Assembly (NCBI RefSeq): GCF_001194135.2 | Contig: NC_068987.1 | Coordinates: 67,871,157-67,911,919, forward strand | Length of the DNA: 40,763 nt | Direction of reading: 5' to 3' | From: Octopus bimaculoides | Taxonomy: Eukaryota | Shown: positions 38,852 to 40,763 of the stretch, piece by piece | Layout of the letters: each line of letters begins with the position of its first letter | Position numbering within the stretch: position 1 is the stretch's first letter | The notes under the pieces: generated by a model | The model's database searches: none | The model's input: the letters and a program-made list of their open reading frames with translations, nothing else | What the model was told of the DNA's origin: nothing | Program-made: the position numbers and the translations under genes

Positions 38852-40732
38852 NNNNNNNNNNNNNNNNNNNNNNNNNNNNNNNNNNNNNNNNNNNNNNNNN
38901 NNNNNNNNNNNNNNNNNNNNNNNNNNNNNNNNNNNNNNNNNNNNNNNNNNNNNNNNNNNNNNNNNNNNNNNNNNNNNNNNNNNNNNNNNNNNNNNNNNNN
39001 NNNNNNNNNNNNNNNNNNNNNNNNNNNNNNNNNNNNNNNNNNNNNNNNNNNNNNNNNNNNNNNNNNNNNNNNNNNNNNNNNNNNNNNNNNNNNNNNNNNN
39101 NNNNNNNNNNNNNNNNNNNNNNNNNNNNNNNNNNNNNNNNNNNNNNNNNNNNNNNNNNNNNNNNNNNNNNNNNNNNNNNNNNNNNNNNNNNNNNNNNNNN
39201 NNNNNNNNNNNNNNNNNNNNNNNNNNNNNNNNNNNNNNNNNNNNNNNNNNNNNNNNNNNNNNNNNNNNNNNNNNNNNNNNNNNNNNNNNNNNNNNNNNNN
39301 NNNNNNNNNNNNNNNNNNNNNNNNNNNNNNNNNNNNNNNNNNNNNNNNNNNNNNNNNNNNNNNNNNNNNNNNNNNNNNNNNNNNNNNNNNNNNNNNNNNN
39401 NNNNNNNNNNNNNNNNNNNNNNNNNNNNNNNNNNNNNNNNNNNNNNNNNNNNNNNNNNNNNNNNNNNNNNNNNNNNNNNNNNNNNNNNNNNNNNNNNNNN
39501 NNNNNNNNNNNNNNNNNNTATATATATATATATATATGTATATACCATATAGCAACTCCCATCCATTCTTTCATAGATTTTGTTGTGTTTGTTGTTTATA
39601 AAAAAATGCATGATAGCTTGCTTTTCTAAATTTATTATTCTCTTCTTTTTTTATATTAAATTTATATCTGGAATTATTGTTTTTTTTTTGTTTTGTTTTT
39701 TTTGAAAACTTACTTGCATTCCGCTTTCATATCCTAAGTCTTTATTCTGCCTCTTATTTCATCATTGTCATGCGTTTCTTTTATATTATTATTTTTTTCC
39801 TTTTTTATTTTTTGTCGCACACTTCATCTGAAATTTCTTAGAATTTTTATCTCTACAATTGTTTTTTTATCATTATTATTGTTTCTACTTCTCTATATTT
39901 ATGTAGATTTTTCTCGTAGTTATCATTGTCTTGCTCCTATCCATCTATTTTTCTTTTTTACTTTTCTCTCATGTATCCTATTGTCTCTATTTCATTTCTA
40001 TTCTTTAAAATGTCTCTTCTGGTTAAAACATCATTTTAAACGACACAGCCGCAGAGTCCCCTGATTTCTTTACATTTCTTTGCATTTCCCATTATGTATT
40101 GAATTTTACATTGTTTTATTTTTTTTCGATATTTTTTCTTCTCCTGATTTCTCTCTATGTTGCTTTGTTATTTCATTCTCATTCTCTATACACTTAGCAC
40201 TTATATATTTCTACTTAGGGCTTTATTTATTTATATACTGTGTATTTAATTGTTTACAAACAAACAATCATGAAACATGTAAATATGGATAGAGATGAAT
40301 ATATCAACGTATCCTCGCTCTACATGATACGTAGATATATGTACACTCATAGACACACTTCACTGTGTGGATATGTAAATATATATATATATGTGTGTGT
40401 GTATGTGTGTATGTATGTTCGTATAGGCATGTGTTTGTAATTATGTTAACGTATATATATACACACAAACACATATGCATGTACATATACATATAAATAT
40501 ATATATTTATATAAACATATATATGTACATAAATATGAGTGTGTATAAATATATATAAAGAGAGAGAAAGAGAAAGGGAGATAGTTATATATAACACTAT
40601 CAGTTATACAAAGGCGCTAGCACAAGCATAAAGAATATTTTATAATGGTACATATGATTTCAATGTGAAAGTGACACTGCTTTGAAGAAAATATATATAT
40701 GTATGTACGTATGTATCTGTCTACACACACAT

Positions 40733-40763
<31 letters not shown>

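Noticed and set aside
32196-39611. Long ORFs (200-390 aa) in the ORF track
   Set aside because: They run through N-gaps and dinucleotide repeats (YI/CV/HT peptides) and are artefacts.

Overview
AT-rich, microsatellite-saturated animal genomic DNA with 8 N-gaps (about 4.7 kb). The SINE/LINE repertoire and repeat density resemble a cephalopod (Octopus-like) draft assembly; this is an inference, no search was run. No host gene can be called with confidence, and most long ORFs in the track are artefacts of N-runs or simple repeats. Recognisable content is decayed mobile DNA: a Penelope-like (PLE) fragment (1-403), a Helitron 5' half (8.2-9.8 kb), two Tx1/L1-clade LINE fragments (9.8-10.5 and 14.5-16.3 kb), R4/Dong-type pieces, a HINE-like element and about ten tRNA-derived SINE copies. 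The main signal invisible to the ORF track is RNA structure: five hammerhead ribozyme (HHR) motifs in four unrelated sequence contexts. Two lie back-to-back on opposite strands as the arms of a ~270-nt hairpin (13950-14219). One sits in the spacer of a 389-bp foldback with 158-bp arms (28080-28468). One is a minimal type I variant with a palindromic helix III (26234-26282). One has its strands in a non-circularly permuted, pseudoknotted order (25391-25452). All folds were derived by eye and need computational and biochemical confirmation.
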